From: Candidatus Iainarchaeum sp.
GTDB lineage: Archaea; Iainarchaeota; Iainarchaeia; Iainarchaeales; DTGL01
Assembly: GCA_038895395.1 (NCBI GenBank)
Contig: JAWANJ010000002.1
Coordinates: 1-61,598 of the forward strand
Direction: 5' to 3'
Length of the DNA: 61,598 nucleotides
Shown piece after piece: positions 56,328-61,598 of this stretch (position 1 is its first letter; the number at the start of each line of letters is the position of its first letter). Both the position numbers and the translations under genes were made by a program. The notes under the pieces were generated by a model, which searched no databases, was not told where the DNA came from, and saw nothing but the letters and a program-made list of their open reading frames with translations.

Positions 56328-56435
56328 ATTATCATCAAATTTAATGTTTTTAACTTTAATATATTTTTTGTTTATTATATTATTTTGCTTTTTATTTATC
56401 TAATATCCATTTGCTGCCCAGATTTGTTGTCCAGT

Positions 56436-59400
56436 TTACTGCCCAAACAAAGTTGGATTCCATCTTAACCTAAGTTGAGCTCTATTTATGTTATCTATAC
56501 ATATCTCCCCTGAAGCTATTCTTTCAATGTACTCCTTAAGTGATGGTTGTCTTATTGCTTCTATGATCCTCACAGCGCCGCCTTCAATTCCACGCGTTTC
56601 CGGTGTGCTATACTCTTGACCTTCATATGTTAAAGTGCTCAAAACTATTGGGTTTTTGGCACAAAGAACCTCAAGTTTTAAGTATTCATCAGCTGCTTTT
56701 GCAGGTACATAGCTTACAGAAACCCATAAACCTTGTCCTAATATTAGCTTTGATGCTTCAATGCTTTGTGACCAGCCACTGCAAAAGCTATCTGGTTTTT
56801 GTAAGCCAAATCTGTCAACACTAAACTGAACTTTTTCTTCGCCTTCAGAGCCCGCTCCTTGCTCATTGGGCACTAAAGAACCAACTTTGTGCCATACAAA
56901 TAACTCTTTTATATCTCCATAATATTTGTCATCACTTAGTTTGTAGTAAATCACATTTTGGCCCTCAGTTGGTGAAATTATCCTTAAAAGCACCGGGTAG
57001 CTTGGCACATATTCAATTTTTCTAGACTTAAGATCTATATTCAAAACAGTGCCGGTGCGACTTTTCTCAAATCTGCTATTATAATTGAGTGTAATTGTAC
57101 CAATGCCCGGCTTTCTTGGATAGATGCGCTCACCATGTTCATTGTATAAAAGCTCTGAAGGTACGGCACCAGCAAGTGTTAACCCCAAGCCATAATTTGC
57201 ACCAGTACTTTCTTTGCCTATCTCGCCATCGAATGACATATACATTAATGGATTTTCAGAAAACTTTGTTTTTAAGCGCTTGTCTATAGCTTCTAGAGAT
57301 TCTACTAGGGCCAGCTTTACAATATACTTTGATACAATAATTTTAGGAGGTCTGCCTGCAAAGTCTATTGCTATTTTAGGTTCAATTCTGTAAGCATATC
57401 TGCCGGAAGCAATACTACATTCCGTGCTTTTTTGTACCATTTCTTCTGAAAAGTTAGCATCTTCATAGCGCTTGAACTCAAGCTGATCTACATTAAGGCC
57501 TATTTGCTTAAGTGTTTCATTTCCTTTATCTAGATCTTCTATTAAAGCTCTACTCAGATTATCAGCCTTAAGATAGCTCTCTGCCTTAGCTATGAGTGAT
57601 TCTTCACTAGGTGTGCTTAACACATCAAGTGCTCTAACCCTTATGTATTCTTCCATCGCCCCAGAAAGACCTGGTTTGTTAATTACTGCAAGCATAAATA
57701 CAGTCCTATTTGCAAATTCAGATAAAAATAGGGTCCATTCCTGTTCTTTTGCTGTAATGGTTACTTGACCTATGGTTGCTGTTATTGGTAAATTCCTGTC
57801 ACCAAACATGATGTTGTTTCTTACTCCAATTGAAAGCTGTTCATACAGGCTAATATACTCAGCAAAGGTTATAACATAAACACTTTGTCTTGGTAGTTTA
57901 ACCTCGTCCGCTACCTGTTTAAGTTTACTCCAAATTAATTGAGCATTGGCGCTATAGTCAATATCTTTAGAAACAATAGCCAGTGCATTTTCTATCTTTA
58001 TATCGTTTGCATAGCATTGCGCTAGTATGCTATCAAACTGGGCATGAGACATTTTCATGGAGTCTAATGCAGCCAACTCATTTTGTGGAGCTTTTATAAT
58101 ACTGTTCAAAGTAGCTTCAATTTGTGCTACATTACACTTTTCCAGTGGTACAGGTGGCTGCCCAAGAATAGTACCTTCTTTTGTAACAAACAAAAGAATC
58201 GGCTTATTTGAAAAATCATCTCTCACAACAATCTGTGCCTTTGAGAGTTTGTAAAGTTTTCCTTCCTGGGAGTTTATCTCACGCATTAATTCTTGGTCTT
58301 GGCCTATGATTGAAATTACACTTAAATACTCTGCCGGAGCACTCTTGTTTATCTCTTCAATCTTTTGATTTATTTTTCTTATTTTTGATGCAATTTGCAT
58401 TATAAATTGCGCTCCATCACAGAAGTACCCCTCTCCCGATGGTTCAGGTTCACACTTTCTACTTGTTATCTCATCAGGTCGCCATGTAAACAGCAATCTG
58501 TCAAATCCATATACAGAGTAACTTTCCTGACTGTTGCATGGCTTAAGCATACCCCAACTTGGCATAACATCTATTTTTGCAGCTCTATTTTCACAACCTT
58601 CAGATAACTGTGAAACACCCCTGTTCAAAGCATTTACCACTACTTTTAGCTTTGCATCTTGAGTACCTTTCTTGTAATAAACCCTGGTTACTTTTATTGG
58701 TAGGTCTATGTTTATCTTTGCACACTCAGTTATCATTTTACTTCTGTCAACTTTCATTACAATATGATGCCTGTTATGCGTAAGTTCGAAATAAAGCTTT
58801 ACACCCGACTTTGGATCTTCCCATGAAGATAAACCAATACTAGCTATATAGTCGTCTTTACCACAAAAAGCTCTAGCATTTGAATCACTTGAAGGATCAA
58901 CCTCTTCGTTGGATCTTGCGTAAGGCAGCACAAGCTCAGTCACAGGTGGGTTTTCATTCCAAACAAACATGTCATCTATGAAGTGACTATCAGTTAGCAC
59001 ATCTGGTACAATGAGAGCGTTGGGGTTTATACACTGTGCTGGTTCAAGATTCTTGGAGCCTTTGTTTAATAAGCTGCCAATAAGACCAAGCCATGCCAAT
59101 GGATTTTCAAATGTCACACCAACAGGGAAGTATTTATCTCCGAGGTATGGTACATACATTGGCACAGCTATGATGCCTGGAGAAACAGCAGCAAGATACT
59201 GTTCAGTTGCTATAAACCTTATGTTTCCAACAATTTCTTCTACCGAACCTTCAAAGCTGATTGGTGCTGTTTTTTTGATCTCTGGATCAAACCACAGATA
59301 TATTTCCATTATTTGCCACTCTTCTTTATCCGAAACTTTTTGCACCTCATTTTTTCCCATTACAATGTTTTTTATCATAGGGCATGGCCCTTCAAGCGAT

Positions 59401-61598
59401 GTGCCTCCTGTTGCTGGTGAATAGCAATGAATATTATTTAATGTTAAATGTTTTAGTACATAGCCAAGATGGTAACATTTATTGTAGATCCTTGCTACTG
59501 TTTTCTGCCACCCCAAAAAGTTTGCTTTTAGCACAGTTGGTTCTATCGTAGGTAAACATTCCTCTTGGATTTCGTCTCTTCTTACAACTTTGACAGAAAA
59601 GCTATCTATTTCTTCAGCCCTCTTGCTTGATGATGAAAACTTTGCAAGCATCTTTACGTTAAACTTTCCTTTGCTTGTTGATGGCTCAATTATGAAACTA
59701 GCTGATGAGCCAGACCCAACTTTTTTGCTCGATGGTTTGACCAATAAACCGGAATCAAACTGTATAGTTATATCTATGTCTTGGAGACATGTGTTGTCAA
59801 CAATTATTTCTGCAGTTTCCGATTGGCATTTCCATTGTGTGCTTTGCCCTGGTTGTGAAGTTTGCCATGGGGGAACATACTGCGCTGTTGGCCAAATAAG
59901 GTTTTGCTGTGTTTGTTGCTGTTGTGTAACATCATAAGGATCTCTATCAAAGTATTTGCTGTTTAGACCCCACCCAGTGTCAAAGCCACAACTTTTTAGT
60001 TCTATATCAGTTGCTCTCACAACGTGCACACACTTCAAAAGATTGTTTATTGTTATGCTCGTGCTTAAAGTTGCTTTTGGAATCTCAACGCCCTTTTCTG
60101 AGTAATGAGTTGCAGAAAATTCAATTCTTGGTTGTACACTTGCACTAGTAATTTGATCATTAGGCCTAAAAAACAAGATGAGTTCCTGCTCCGCGTTCTT
60201 TGAAAATGATTCGCTAAGCAATGTCCATTGAGGCAAAATTTCAGTTAGTTCGAGTTCTTCACTGCTTACCTCAAAAGTTCCGACTGGACTTTCGCCAAGC
60301 CATCTTATCCTCACACTAAAATCTTTGAGTTCTACTGGCATTCCTTGAACAGTACAGTTATTTTTTACTGTTAGCACAAGCTTCTTTTGTTCCCCATAAC
60401 TTTTTATTTCCCAAGATTTTGGTTCAATCAAAATACATGCGGTGGTATCAAGTGCACCTTCAAGAGTTATTCTTATTTTTAGTTCTACTGAAACAGCCCA
60501 ATCCTTTGCAAGCTGGTTGTTATCCACACTTATTGTTATTGAACCCGCTAGTTCTTGTATATTTTCTATTTCTCTACCTTTCTCAGTGAGTTTTGCCTTT
60601 AGTTTTATAGAGGTATTTGATGTTGGTTTAATCTCCTTTCCAACAGCCAAAGTGCTACCACTTATTGATACAAGATCTTCAAGACCTGAAAAGCTGATAT
60701 CTTTTATATAAAGAGAAAAAGGTGCTACATTTTCCAAGTTAAGGGTTATATCTGCTTCTTCTCTTGCGTTGGGTTGAAGCTCAATGTCTATGCTGGGTGG
60801 CGTAACCTTAAGTACACCAGACTCAACTTTAATCTCTTGTATCAAAGTTCTAAATCCCTCCCGCGAAAGCTTTCGATTTTCTGCAGTTGGGAAGGTACGG
60901 TTTGAGAGAAAAACATACACCAAATTGTTATCAGGGTCAGCCCACGCACAGGTGCCTGTGAATCCTGTATGTCCAAACACACTTTGAGGGCAATAATCTG
61001 AGGTTGGGCCATCGCCTGATTGAGGTTTCATGAGCGGCTTATCCCAACCTATACCCCTTCGGTTGTCGTACTTGGCGTTTGGGCGCGAGTTAAACTTTTG
61101 CATAGTGGCTTGTGAAAAAAAATCTTCTCCTCCGTATTTTCCGCCTTGTAGGTTCATTTGCAGAATGGTAGCTATATCGAGCGCATTTGAAAAAAGCCCT
61201 GCATGCCCTCCAACACCTCCTTGAAGCGAAGCCATGGGGTCATGAACATATCCCCTGACAATCTGTTTTCGGTACTGCAAATCGTATTCACTGGGAGCAA
61301 TCAGATTACAGTCTGCTTTGCGCAGTGGGTTGTATCCAATGTTTTGCAAACCAAGCCTATCAAAAAGATTGTTTTGCAGATACACATCAAGCGTATAGCC
61401 CGTAATGGTTTCTATGATTTTTTGCAGAAAAAAAAAACCTAAATCACTGTATAAATACCCGAAGCCGCCGTATTTGTTGCGAAGTTTGGTCAGGCGGCTG
61501 TTGAGTGCCATTTCAAAAATCAAGTCGGGCAAATCTGTTCGTGCGTGGATGTTTTCACAAACTTCAATATTGAAAGAGTCGCTTTTTTAAGTTGTGAG
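56436..61598 (-). CDS. giant protein G3 (at least 1720 aa; 5' end outside the window)
   Basis: The frame stays open from the TTG at 61532 to the window edge (...SFNIEVCENIHARTDLPDLIFEMAL...). From aa ~236 onward it is colinear with the C-terminal ~1300 aa of G1 and G2. The N-terminal part is a beta-lactamase-family serine hydrolase domain. I see no long hydrophobic helix in the visible part. Confidence 0.8.
60825..61598 (-). other. beta-lactamase/PBP-like (class C-type) serine hydrolase domain at the N-terminus of G3, truncated by the window edge
   Basis: YLYSDLGFFFL (Y-x-N/D motif), GGVGGHAGLFS, GHTGFTGT (KTG-box equivalent, nt 60951-60971) and VYVFLSNRTFP are typical of the family. The SxxK motif would lie beyond the window. 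The domain ends at ...LIQEIKV and the G-core begins at ESGVLKVTPPSIDIELQ (nt ~60824/60825). Confidence 0.75.

Noticed and set aside
56328-56435. The AT-rich 108-bp spacer between G3 and G2, considered as a specific regulatory element
   Set aside because: It contains TATA-like runs, so it may hold an internal promoter for G2. I could not identify any discrete repeat or palindrome to support a specific call.

Overview
All calls below come from reading the ORF translations and the DNA by eye. No database search, HMM or structure prediction was run, and hand-derived coordinates carry a few nt of uncertainty.

This is a low-GC archaeal chromosomal segment (mid-30s % G+C by eye, with GC-rich tRNAs). 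It is probably from a small-genome DPANN-type archaeon, which is an inference from gene content and style.

- **Far left (0.8-2.0 kb):** two decayed genes, an archease pseudogene and an ilvE-like pseudogene.
- **2-15.3 kb, minus strand:** the canonical archaeal information-processing superoperon, rpoH, rpoB'', rpoB', rpoA, rpl30e, nusA, rps12, rps7, EF-2, EF-1alpha, rps10. rpoA is a single fused A'+A'' ORF while rpoB is split.
- **15.4-19.3 kb:** a compact heat-shock module (wHTH regulator, divergent hsp20-hsp20-cdc48) with operator-like repeats in the divergent promoter region.
- **19.3-36.5 kb:** housekeeping genes hisS, map, polB, an rpiA-like gene and a bpsA-like gene. A gamma-CA-like gene, an SPFH gene and DUF116 also lie here. 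These are interspersed with 9 tRNA genes (one with an intron), a candidate C/D-box sRNA, an orphan DNA methyltransferase, a GLIC-like pentameric ligand-gated ion channel and several small membrane proteins.
- **36.6-61.6 kb:** the stand-out accessory locus. It holds three tandem, colinear, paralogous giant proteins (2295 aa, 2715 aa and at least 1720 aa) with no family I can name for their conserved core. The third runs off the window edge and is fused to a beta-lactamase/PBP-like serine hydrolase domain.
  - Downstream on the same strand are two small multi-TM proteins and a coiled-coil protein.
  - Nearby are three more small membrane proteins, an acidic coiled-coil protein and a HerA/FtsK-like protein whose Walker motifs look degenerate.
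  - I propose this as a candidate undescribed cell-surface or cell-cell interaction apparatus.
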